51,895 nucleotides of DNA from a bacterium (GTDB lineage: Bacteria > Patescibacteriota > Microgenomatia > UBA12405). Positions within the stretch are counted from its first letter, which is position 1; every line of letters starts with the position of its first letter. Shown one piece after another: positions 1-7,068 of the stretch. Under the pieces are notes generated by a model, which had not been told where the DNA came from, made no database searches, and saw nothing but the letters and a program-made list of their open reading frames with translations. The DNA is taken from assembly GCA_029561175.1 (NCBI GenBank), contig JAKQJL010000041.1, positions 1-51,895 of the forward strand, read 5' to 3'. The translations under genes and the position numbers were made by a program.

Positions 1-231
1 AAAATAATCGGTATTCGTAAAAAAAATAATATTATCTGACAATAAGATTTTATTAATGATTTTTGGAGCTAATACTTGATGTTTAATTTTAGTATCTAAT
101 GGAAACTGTCCACCATTAATATTGGTAAGTTCCTCGTCCATCTCACTAACCGGTTGTTTTGATATTGATCTTAGATAACGAACAAGAGTTGTTTTACCCG
201 TAAGCGAAGCACCAATAACAATTAATTTCAT
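1..231 (-). CDS. P-loop NTPase/kinase-like protein (5' part only; 3' end lies outside the window)
   Basis: Not in the ORF track because it lacks a stop in the window. Reverse-strand ATG at 229-231 opens MKLIVIGASLTGKTTLVRYLRS... with Walker A GxxxxGKT. The frame stays open for 77 codons to position 1. Confidence 0.5.
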   Translation of the reverse strand, partial: MKLIVIGASLTGKTTLVRYLRSISKQPVSEMDEELTNINGGQFPLDTKIKHQVLAPKIINKILLSDNIIFFTNTDYF

Positions 232-295
232 ACCTAAGTTTAACAAAATTTCGAATCCAACCTAAACATCATAAATATAAACGAAATGAGTCGAA

Positions 296-369
296 TGGTT
301 GCCCCGCATGGATTCGAACCACAGTAAACAGCTCCAAAGGCTGCTGTCCTACCATTAGACGACGGGGCA
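296..369 (-). tRNA. tRNA-Gln(UUG), CCA encoded
   Basis: Reverse complement TGCCCCG...CGGGGCA-A-CCA. Anticodon arm GCAGC/CTTTGGA/GCTGT, T-loop GGTTCGAATCC. Confidence 0.88.
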
Positions 370-382
370 TTGTAATTTTATG

Positions 383-464
383 TGCCGATGAGAGGACTCG
401 AACCTCCACACCTTGCGGCATACGCACCTCAAGCGTACGTGTATACCAATTTCACCACATCGGC
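383..464 (-). tRNA. tRNA-Leu(GAG), long variable arm
   Basis: Reverse complement GCCGATGTGGTGAAATTGGTATACACG... Anticodon arm TACGC/TTGAGGT/GCGTA, long variable arm, GGTTCGAGTCC T-loop. Confidence 0.9.
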
Positions 465-502
465 ATTATTTGTCTAAAGAGCAAAGTATTATATCAAGTT
501 TG

Positions 503-575
503 TGGTCGTTGAGGGACTCGGACCCCCGACACCATCGATGTAAACGATGTGCTCTACCAACTGAGCTAAACGACC
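503..575 (-). tRNA. tRNA-Val(UAC)
   Basis: Reverse complement GGTCGTTTAGCTCAGTTGGTAGAGCA; anticodon arm CATCG/TTTACAT/CGATG; acceptor GGTCGTT/AACGACC. Confidence 0.9.
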
Positions 576-628
576 AGTGGCTATATTTTATCAAAAAAGG
601 GGATTATTACGAAACTAAAAACACTTTG

Positions 629-701
629 AGCGAGAGACGGGACTCGAACCCGCGGCCTTCTCCTTGGCAAGGAGACGCTCCACCAATTGAGCTACTCTCG
701 C
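629..701 (-). tRNA. tRNA-Gly(GCC)
   Basis: Reverse complement GCGAGAGTAGCTCAATTGGTGGAGCG; anticodon arm TCTCC/TTGCCAA/GGAGA; discriminator U. Confidence 0.9.
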
Positions 702-753
702 AAACATCTTATTATACTAACCACTATCTATTAATTACTAGATACTGGCTATG

Positions 754-826
754 TGCCGAAGGTTGGACTCGAACCAACATCCCAGGTTTTTCAGACCAGT
801 GCCGTGACCATCTTGGCTACTTCGGC
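754..826 (-). tRNA. tRNA-Phe(GAA)
   Basis: Reverse complement GCCGAAGTAGCCAAGATGGTCACGGCA...; anticodon loop CTGAAAA; acceptor GCCGAAG/CTTCGGC. One mismatch in the anticodon stem. Confidence 0.78.
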
Positions 827-861
827 TAGAAGTGTTTTTATTATATCAAATAATTTCTTAG

Positions 862-943
862 TGCCGACGAGAGGACTCGAACCTCCACGGATTGCTCCAT
901 ACGCTTCTGAAACGTACGTGTATACCAATTTCACCACGTCGGC
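862..943 (-). tRNA. tRNA-Leu(CAG), long variable arm
   Basis: Reverse complement GCCGACGTGGTGAAATTGGTATACACG; anticodon arm TACGT/TTCAGAA/GCGTA. Body is nearly identical to the Leu genes at 383-464 and 10543-10624. Confidence 0.9.
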
Positions 944-1007
944 AAGATAGTTGTATTTTACCTTAAATCTTTTACTCTTAATTATTTTTGATAAAATAAC
1001 AAGTACT
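944..1007. promoter_or_regulatory. Divergent tRNA promoter region
   Basis: Plus strand: TTTTGATAAAATA at 986-998, with -10 TAAAAT at 992-997 and 10 nt to G1008 of tRNA-Gly. Minus strand: TAAAAT at 955-960, 11 nt from the tRNA-Leu 5' end at 943. Confidence 0.5.
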
Positions 1008-1081
1008 GCGGGATTAGTTAATCGGTATAACTTCACTTTTCCAAAGTGAAATGATGGGTTCGACTCCCATATCCCGCTCCA
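1008..1081 (+). tRNA. tRNA-Gly(UCC), CCA encoded
   Basis: GCGGGATTAGTTAATCGGTATAAC; anticodon arm TCACT/TTTCCAA/AGTGA; acceptor GCGGGAT/ATCCCGC-T-CCA. Confidence 0.9.
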
Positions 1082-1118
1082 TACACAAAAAGCTAACAAA
1101 ATCTCCTATAATCAATTT

Positions 1119-1589
1119 GTGACCATAATCAAAACCAGCAAAATCAAAGTACTATTCTGCAACCTAATCCTTACTGCTGTTTCATATCTTTTATTTTCAA
1201 TAATATACGATTACCTAAACTACAGCACTATTCCAACGAGGCACCACCATCCAGATTATTTTGGTTTACTATTTACTCCAATTTATTTCTCCTTGACCAC
1301 TTTGGCCAACTTTATGCTTTTTTATTATTTAATTATTCTCGATCGAGTCAAAATTATTTTAAAACCAACCGGTATCGATAACCAATCTACAATTAATCCT
1401 AAGCTCAATGAATTTATTAAATGGCAAGACATCGATTATTTTAATAAAGACACTACTGCCGGAATTATTCATGGAGTCAAAAAAAATAAAGAATCTTTCA
1501 CTATCAACTTAGCGTTCGCTTCCGGCAAAGTTTCCGACAACTTTAAAACAATCTGTGATTATTTTAAAAAATACCAAAAACTAAACTAG
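1119..1589 (+). CDS. Hypothetical membrane protein (2 predicted TM helices plus a soluble C-terminal domain)
   Basis: ORF track 156 aa with a GTG start. TATAAT at 1107-1112 lies 6 nt upstream. Two hydrophobic stretches (LFCNLILTAVSYLLFSII, FSLTTLANFMLFYYLIIL). No recognised family. Confidence 0.5.
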   Translation: MTIIKTSKIKVLFCNLILTAVSYLLFSIIYDYLNYSTIPTRHHHPDYFGLLFTPIYFSLTTLANFMLFYYLIILDRVKIILKPTGIDNQSTINPKLNEFIKWQDIDYFNKDTTAGIIHGVKKNKESFTINLAFASGKVSDNFKTICDYFKKYQKLN

Positions 1590-2093
1590 TACTGCCTTTA
1601 AAATAAACTCTTTTTGTTTTTCACTTTGGCCATTTAGAGTCGTCATCACCACTGTCCAAAAAATCGACATGGCCATTTCTTTAGTTGCCATATCTTTTCG
1701 AAAAACATTTTGTTTTTTACCTTCCTCAACCACTTCTTCAATTATTCCAAAACTATGTTTTCTGTCTAAAATATAACCAATAAACACTTTAAATTCTTCC
1801 TGATAACTCAATACAAATTCTTTTTCAGCTTCAATAATTTTTTTTAATTTTTCTTTAACATCGGTAATATTTTTTATCTTATTTTCAATTAGCTCACGAA
1901 ATCTTTTTTCTCCCTCAAGTATTATGGCATCAAACAAATCTTGTTTACTCTTAAAATAATAATATACCGTTCCTTTAGCCACTTTTGCTTTTAAACTAAT
2001 TTCATCCACACTGGCTTTTTCAAAACCATCACGAGCGAATATTTTTGCAGCCTCTTCTAGAATTTTTCCTTTTTTATTTTTTTCGATACTCAT
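1581..2093 (-). CDS. TetR/AcrR-family transcriptional regulator
   Basis: N-terminal HTH signature ILEEAAKIFARDGFEKASVDEISLKAKVAKGTVYYYFKSKQDLF. Overlaps the 3' end of the upstream yhgE-like gene by 20 nt, so the two are in one operon. Confidence 0.85.
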   Translation of the reverse strand: MSIEKNKKGKILEEAAKIFARDGFEKASVDEISLKAKVAKGTVYYYFKSKQDLFDAIILEGEKRFRELIENKIKNITDVKEKLKKIIEAEKEFVLSYQEEFKVFIGYILDRKHSFGIIEEVVEEGKKQNVFRKDMATKEMAMSIFWTVVMTTLNGQSEKQKEFILKAVLV

Positions 2094-3786
2094 ATACTTT
2101 TCTAAAACTAATTAAACTAAACATTACTACCGACATTATAACCAACATTCTTAAATCTTTAACTACTACCCAACTTTGATTCCCAGAAATTATTTCTCGA
2201 TAAGCCGAAACTGCATAAGTCATTGGCAACCAAGGATTAATTTTTTGGAAAAAAGAGGGGAGTGTTTCCAATGGGTACGACCCAGCACTACCAGTTAATT
2301 GCAACATCAAAATAATGATGGCCACAAATTTCCCCGCCATTTTAAGTTTTAAATTTAGCCATAATTGAATTAAAAAATACGTCCAAGACAGAATTGTTCC
2401 CAATAAATAGTATTTAAAAACATCATTAACTTCCAAGCCAATTAATTTTCGCAAAACAATTCCCAAAACCAAGTTTTGAACTAATCCTACTAATAATCCA
2501 AAACCAAATTTTGTTTTAAATTTATTTTTTTCTTCAAAATCAATTAAGAAAAATATCGCCATAGCTCCCACCCACAACGATAGGGGAATAAAATATGGCG
2601 CAAATCCAGTACCGTTATTGGCCACCAAATCAATCGAAATATCTTTTATGGTAACTGGACCCGACATTACTTTTTGTTGTTTTTGATTTTTTTTAAAATC
2701 GGTTTTTTCTTCAGCTTTTTTCGTCGCCTCAGCTAATTTATTTTTTAACTCAGTAATTCCATCCAAAGCTTTGTTTAATCCATTATTCAATTCGGTTTGA
2801 CCATTCTTAATTTTTTCTATCCCAACTAACAATTCATCACTACCATTCTTAGCTTTATATAAATTCTCTCGTAAACTGGCACTTCCGGTTGCCAAATCAT
2901 TCGCCCCCACCATTAAACTTTTACTACCAACTACCAATTGCTTAGTACCAACCGACACTTGGTTTGCCGCCCCCAGGGCAGTTCGCAGTTCAGCAGACAT
3001 TGTTGCCTCAGGATGGCTAGCAAAATAGCTATTTAAAGACCCAATAATTAGTGTTAAACCATTATCAACATTTGAGATTCCGCTACTCACACTCGACACT
3101 CCAACATTTAATTGGTTAGCCCCATTGTTTAATCTTTCTGCTCCACTACTAAGTTCTCCTAAGCCATTTTTCAAATCATAAATTCCACTGTTTAACTTAT
3201 CAGTACCTTTAAACAAATCATCCCCTCCAGTAATTGCTTTTTCTAAACCATCTTCTAGCTTAACACTACCATCAACTGCTTTCCCCAAATCTTTGGCCGA
3301 ATCACGAGTTGAATCAAAAATATTTTCAAAATACTTTTCAGTAATTTTCTCATTTAAATTGGCCTTAATTTTAAACATGGCCGTATCGGCAAATTTAGCC
3401 GCCATAAAACTCGAAGTTGGTCGTGATTTAAATTCAATCTCGGCTTTTTTTGGGTTACTGCCATCTACCGACTTAATTATGTTTGTAAAATCTTTTGGAA
3501 TTACTGCCATGGCGTAATATTGCTTATTTAGCAAACCTTTTTCAGCGTTATTTAAATCTACAAACTGCCAATTCATCGACCGATTTTCTTTTAAATTTTC
3601 TACCAAATCATTCCCTAAATTATTGCCAGAACTACCCACATCTAAATTAACAATTGCCACCGGCACATTTTCTATTTTTGCGTACGGATCCCAAAAAGCA
3701 TATAAATACAAAGCCCCGTAAATTAACGGCAAAATAGTGACAGCTACCAAGGTAGCCCAAAACATTTTAGTATTAACTTTATTCAT
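2074..3786 (-). CDS. YhgE/Pip-domain membrane protein (phage infection protein / ABC-2-like permease family)
   Basis: N-terminal TM followed by YAFWDPYAKIENVPVAIVNLD. Central helical region with repeated L..G...L..G units. C-terminal cluster of about 5 TM helices. Confidence 0.8.
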   Translation of the reverse strand: MNKVNTKMFWATLVAVTILPLIYGALYLYAFWDPYAKIENVPVAIVNLDVGSSGNNLGNDLVENLKENRSMNWQFVDLNNAEKGLLNKQYYAMAVIPKDFTNIIKSVDGSNPKKAEIEFKSRPTSSFMAAKFADTAMFKIKANLNEKITEKYFENIFDSTRDSAKDLGKAVDGSVKLEDGLEKAITGGDDLFKGTDKLNSGIYDLKNGLGELSSGAERLNNGANQLNVGVSSVSSGISNVDNGLTLIIGSLNSYFASHPEATMSAELRTALGAANQVSVGTKQLVVGSKSLMVGANDLATGSASLRENLYKAKNGSDELLVGIEKIKNGQTELNNGLNKALDGITELKNKLAEATKKAEEKTDFKKNQKQQKVMSGPVTIKDISIDLVANNGTGFAPYFIPLSLWVGAMAIFFLIDFEEKNKFKTKFGFGLLVGLVQNLVLGIVLRKLIGLEVNDVFKYYLLGTILSWTYFLIQLWLNLKLKMAGKFVAIIILMLQLTGSAGSYPLETLPSFFQKINPWLPMTYAVSAYREIISGNQSWVVVKDLRMLVIMSVVMFSLISFRKVYEYRKK

Positions 3787-3831
3787 ATACTGACCAGTCA
3801 GTATATTATTTTAATAATTAATCTTTGTCAA
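3787..3831 (-). promoter_or_regulatory. Promoter and TetR-type operator of the yhgE-tetR operon
   Basis: On the minus strand: -35 TTGACA (3826-3831), 17-nt spacer, -10 TAATAT (3803-3808). The inverted repeat ATACTGAC-CA-GTCAGTAT (3787-3804) fills the space between the -10 and the ATG at 3786. Confidence 0.6.
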
Positions 3832-3846
3832 CTAATTTAAAAAAAT

Positions 3847-3855
3847 TGCTATAAT
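3847..3855 (+). promoter_or_regulatory. Extended -10 promoter for the tRNA-Leu/tRNA-Pro pair
   Basis: TGcTATAAT, with the hexamer at 3850-3855, exactly 10 nt before G3866 of tRNA-Leu. Confidence 0.5.
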
Positions 3856-3865
3856 ACCCATATCC

Positions 3866-3950
3866 GCCGCCATGGTGAAACTGGTATACACGCAAGACTT
3901 AAAATCTTGTGCTCTCAAAAAGCGTGGGGGTTCGATTCCCTCTGGCGGCA
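3866..3950 (+). tRNA. tRNA-Leu(UAA), long variable arm
   Basis: GCCGCCATGGTGAAACTGGTATACACG; anticodon arm CAAGA/CTTAAAA/TCTTG; acceptor GCCGCCA/TGGCGGC-A. Confidence 0.9.
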
Positions 3951-3974
3951 CCCACTTTGACATCGAAGCAAACG

Positions 3975-4006
3975 GGTTTACCCGCCAAAGCTTCGCGAAG
4001 GCGGGG
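3975..4006 (+). repeat. GC-rich hairpin-forming spacer segment with a near-copy inside pheS (19252-19283)
   Basis: GGTTTACCCGCCAAAGCTTCGCGAAGGCGGGG. CCCGCC/GGCGGG arms flank the 10-nt palindrome CTTCGCGAAG (3991-4000). The 3' arm overlaps the 5' acceptor strand of tRNA-Pro. Confidence 0.35.
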
Positions 4007-4075
4007 ATTGGCGCAATTGGCTAGCGCGCATGGTTTGGGACCATGAGGCTGCAGGTTCGAATCCTGTATCCCCGA
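4002..4075 (+). tRNA. tRNA-Pro(UGG)
   Basis: CGGGGATTGGCGCAATTGGCTAGCGCG; anticodon arm CATGG/TTTGGGA/CCATG; acceptor CGGGGAT/ATCCCCG-A. Confidence 0.9.
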
Positions 4076-4078
4076 CTC

Positions 4079-4645
4079 ATGAATAATATTTGGAAAATAT
4101 CAACAACTTGTTTGCTGATTATTGTTTCTATTCTTCTTTACTTACTACTCTTAACAAAAACACCTCCTACAGCTACCTCTATCCCGACACCTACTTCTAT
4201 TCCAACTTCTACACCCACACCAAAAATTGAACCCACCTCCATTCCAACATTAAAACCAGTTATCAACGGATCTTCTATTAACAATATTAAATATCAACTA
4301 CCTTCTAACTGGAAAGCTCAAATCCGTGACAATCACCTATATCTTTCTCCCAACGAAGGTGGTGGTTATTTATCTATTGGTACTTACAGTTATCAATCAG
4401 ACATTGGTCGAAGAGAATATTACTGTCAAATTCGCCAAGTTTGTATTAATGAAACTACTTTTACTAGTCTAAAAATTGGTAATATTTCTGGATATTTAGC
4501 TCAATCAATTGATAATAGTGGTGGTGGATCAGAATATTTTGGTGCTAAAGGAGATAAATTTTATGTCATCAATACCTACAATCCACCACTACCAAACGAA
4601 TTTCACAATAACTACCAAAAAGTATTGGATTCACTAATTTTCTAA
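4079..4645 (+). CDS. Hypothetical membrane-anchored exported protein with a Pro/Thr-rich linker
   Basis: The ORF-track start at 4043 lies inside tRNA-Pro, so the start was moved to the ATG at 4079 (MNNIWKISTTCLLIIVSILLYLLLL). Followed by TPPTATSIPTPTSIPTSTPTPK and a globular domain of unknown family. Confidence 0.55.
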   Translation: MNNIWKISTTCLLIIVSILLYLLLLTKTPPTATSIPTPTSIPTSTPTPKIEPTSIPTLKPVINGSSINNIKYQLPSNWKAQIRDNHLYLSPNEGGGYLSIGTYSYQSDIGRREYYCQIRQVCINETTFTSLKIGNISGYLAQSIDNSGGGSEYFGAKGDKFYVINTYNPPLPNEFHNNYQKVLDSLIF

Positions 4646-4670
4646 ATTATTTTTTGGAGTATAATTACTT

Positions 4671-5105
4671 ATGCTTCCATTAGAACAAATGTTCATTGTT
4701 ATCGGCCTTTTATTAGCTCTACTCGAGCTGGTTATGGGCATTGCTACCGGGTTTGATTTAGTATTAGTAGGTACTATTTTAATAATCGGTGGATTTTTAG
4801 GCAACATATTTCAAAACACCTACATCACCCTTGGTAGTTCAATTGTTTTAGGTGTGGCTTATCTTTGGTTTGGTCGATCTTTTATCAAACAAAAACTGAT
4901 TATTGTTACCAAACACACTAACATCGATAAATTAATCGGTAAAACCGGAGTGGTAGTTAGATCAATTACCCCCGATACCGCTGGTATGGTTCGGGTTGGC
5001 GATGAAGATTGGCGAGCTAGTAGTGACGATGTCTTATACGAAAAAGACAAAATCACCGTTAAAATGATTGAAGGCGTTACATTAATAGTTAAAAAATTAT
5101 CATGA
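4671..5105 (+). CDS. NfeD-family membrane protein
   Basis: Three N-terminal TM helices plus a C-terminal OB-like segment (GKTGVVVRSITPDTAGMVRVGDEDWRA). 4-nt overlap with the downstream SPFH gene, which is the classic NfeD-SPFH pairing. Confidence 0.75.
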   Translation: MLPLEQMFIVIGLLLALLELVMGIATGFDLVLVGTILIIGGFLGNIFQNTYITLGSSIVLGVAYLWFGRSFIKQKLIIVTKHTNIDKLIGKTGVVVRSITPDTAGMVRVGDEDWRASSDDVLYEKDKITVKMIEGVTLIVKKLS

Positions 5106-5944
5106 CCTTTGAAAGCATTATTTTTTGGATAGTCTTAATTACCGTTATTACCGCTCTTTTAAAGAGCTTTCGAATTGTTAAACAATACGAAAAAGGTATT
5201 GTGGTTCGTTTGGGAAAATATAGTCACACCGTTGATTCTGGTATTACTCTTCTAACTCCTTTTGTCGACTCGATTATTTTAGTTGACATGCGCGAAAAGG
5301 TGATGAACGTTCAACCTCAAAAAGTCATCACCAAAGATAACGTTTCGGTTATCGTCGACGCTGTTATCTACTACAAAGTTGTCGACCCTGTTAAAGCCGA
5401 ATTCGAAATCGAAGATTTCGATTATGCCGCTACCACTTTAGCTCAAACTAATTTAAGAAATTTAATTGGAGATAAATCTCTTGATGAAACTTTAACTGCT
5501 CGCGACAGCATCAACACTTCTCTTCGCCAAGTACTCGATGAATCTACTAATGCTTGGGGTGTAAAGGTAACCAAAGTTGAACTTCAAAAAATCGATCCAC
5601 CTCAAGATATCACCGATGCCATGAGCCAACAGATGAAGGCTGAACGAGAAAAAAGAGCCCGAATCTTGGAAGCAGAAGGTTTCCGACAATCCGAAATTTT
5701 AAAAGCCGAGGGAGATGCTAAATCTCGTTTACTTCGTGCTGAAGCTGAAGCCAAATCAGTTGAAATGGTTGCAAAAGCCGCTGAAAGTACTTTTACTGAT
5801 CGTGCCCAAAAACTTCGACAATTTGAAGTTGCCGAAAAAGTCCTCGGTGGAGAATCAACTAAATTCGTATTACCTTCGAATGGTGAATTAGTCAATGTTC
5901 TCAACCTTGAAGGAAGTGGTAAAATCGTTCCTCTAAAAAAATAA
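5102..5944 (+). CDS. SPFH/band-7 (stomatin/prohibitin-like) protein
   Basis: N-terminal TM; FRIVKQYEKGIVVRLGKY, TKDNVSVIVDAVIYYKVVDP, WGVKVTKVELQKIDPP; C-terminal Ala/Glu-rich coiled coil. Confidence 0.9.
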   Translation: MTFESIIFWIVLITVITALLKSFRIVKQYEKGIVVRLGKYSHTVDSGITLLTPFVDSIILVDMREKVMNVQPQKVITKDNVSVIVDAVIYYKVVDPVKAEFEIEDFDYAATTLAQTNLRNLIGDKSLDETLTARDSINTSLRQVLDESTNAWGVKVTKVELQKIDPPQDITDAMSQQMKAEREKRARILEAEGFRQSEILKAEGDAKSRLLRAEAEAKSVEMVAKAAESTFTDRAQKLRQFEVAEKVLGGESTKFVLPSNGELVNVLNLEGSGKIVPLKK

Positions 5945-5949
5945 ACTAG

Positions 5950-7068
5950 ATGAAACCATCGTTTTTTAAAACCATTACTGGTCAGCAGATCCCTTTGCCG
6001 GTGTTTTTTCCAGATGCTACCAGAGCCGTTTTAAAAACCCTGGATTCTACCGATATTGCTTCCACTAAAACCCCAGGGGTTCTAGTCAATACTTTTCATC
6101 TATATAACACCCCTGGTGGCTCAGTAATCAAAGAACATCAAGGCGTCCGTAATTTTATGAATTGGAACGGTGGGTGCATTTCCGACTCGGGTGGATTTCA
6201 AGTTATGTCGGTTGCCAAGCAATTTAGCGGTAATGATTCGGTTACCGATAAAGGAGTTACTTTTAAGCTTCCAGGAACTTCCAAAAAAATTATTTTTACT
6301 CCTCAAATATCAATCGATTTTCAGTTTATTCTTAAAACCGATATGGTAGTTGTCTTAGATGATTTTACCGATTTACAGGCTAATGAACAACGTCAACGCG
6401 AAACTGTTGAACGAACTATTAAATGGGCCAAAGAATGTAAAAAGATTTTTGTTAAAAACTGCGAACAAAGAAAACTTCCTCCAGAAAAACGTCCTTATCT
6501 GCTTGGAGTAGTTCAAGGTGGCCACAATTTAGAGTTAAGACGTGAGTGTACGGAGCGTTTGGTGGAAATTGGTTTTGATGGTTTAGGTTACGGCGGTTGG
6601 CCTATGACCGACGATGGTGATTTTAATTTTGATATCCCCAAAGTTATTGGTGAAAATTGTCCAGATGATTATTTACTCTATGGTTTAGGAGTTGGTAAAC
6701 CACAAGAAATTGTTCAAATGGTTAAAATGGGCTGGAATGTTTTTGATTGTGTTCTCCCTACCAGAGATGCTCGTCATAAACGTTTATACGTCTATAATGC
6801 CGAAACAATAGATCATATCGATGTTAATCAAGATAAGTTTTATTCTTATTTTGTTCCCGATAAAGAAAAATATTATCACGACCAACTACCCGTTAGCGGC
6901 GCTTGTGATTGTTTACTTTGTCAACATTACACTCGGGCTTATTTGCGTCACTTATTTAGCATTGGTGAAATGACCTCGGGCCGATTAGCCACTATTCACA
7001 ATCTTCGGTTTTATTCAATTCTGATGGAAAAGCTTCGACCAATTTATGAAAAAGTTTCTCAGCCTTAA
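5950..7068 (+). CDS. tgt: tRNA-guanine transglycosylase family protein (divergent)
   Basis: Motifs DSGGFQV, VVQGG, GLGVGKPQEIV, VFDCVLPTRDARH, Zn motif CDCLLCQHYTRAYLRHL and ATIHNLRFY. Confidence 0.78.
   Translation: MKPSFFKTITGQQIPLPVFFPDATRAVLKTLDSTDIASTKTPGVLVNTFHLYNTPGGSVIKEHQGVRNFMNWNGGCISDSGGFQVMSVAKQFSGNDSVTDKGVTFKLPGTSKKIIFTPQISIDFQFILKTDMVVVLDDFTDLQANEQRQRETVERTIKWAKECKKIFVKNCEQRKLPPEKRPYLLGVVQGGHNLELRRECTERLVEIGFDGLGYGGWPMTDDGDFNFDIPKVIGENCPDDYLLYGLGVGKPQEIVQMVKMGWNVFDCVLPTRDARHKRLYVYNAETIDHIDVNQDKFYSYFVPDKEKYYHDQLPVSGACDCLLCQHYTRAYLRHLFSIGEMTSGRLATIHNLRFYSILMEKLRPIYEKVSQP

Noticed and set aside
413-1099. ORF-track entries 413-829(+), 753-950(+) and 791-1099(-)
   Set aside because: They run straight through six or seven well-formed tRNA genes. 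The translations are low-complexity read-through of tRNA sequence, so they are not coding.
3293-3517. Antisense or alternative-frame ORFs inside large genes (3293-3517, 4859-5056, 5492-5904, 6121-6306, 8299-8505, 12256-12438, 13311-13502, 22504-22722, 23732-23917, 34238-34441, 34903-35211, 35784-36074, 36437-36634, 37883-38095, 39286-39471, 40083-40861, 48939-49130, 49313-49495, 51279-51512 and others)
   Set aside because: Each lies within a gene that has strong family motifs in another frame or strand. The translations are low-complexity and lack start-site context.
4043-4078. Upstream start for the exported PT-rich protein
   Set aside because: The first 12 codons overlap the 3' half of tRNA-Pro. 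The internal ATG at 4079 gives a normal signal-anchor N-terminus.
4656-4659. GGAG upstream of nfeD as a Shine-Dalgarno
   Set aside because: It lies 11 nt from the ATG and directly abuts the TATAAT box, so it is more likely part of the promoter context. It is kept as a caveat to the leaderless interpretation.
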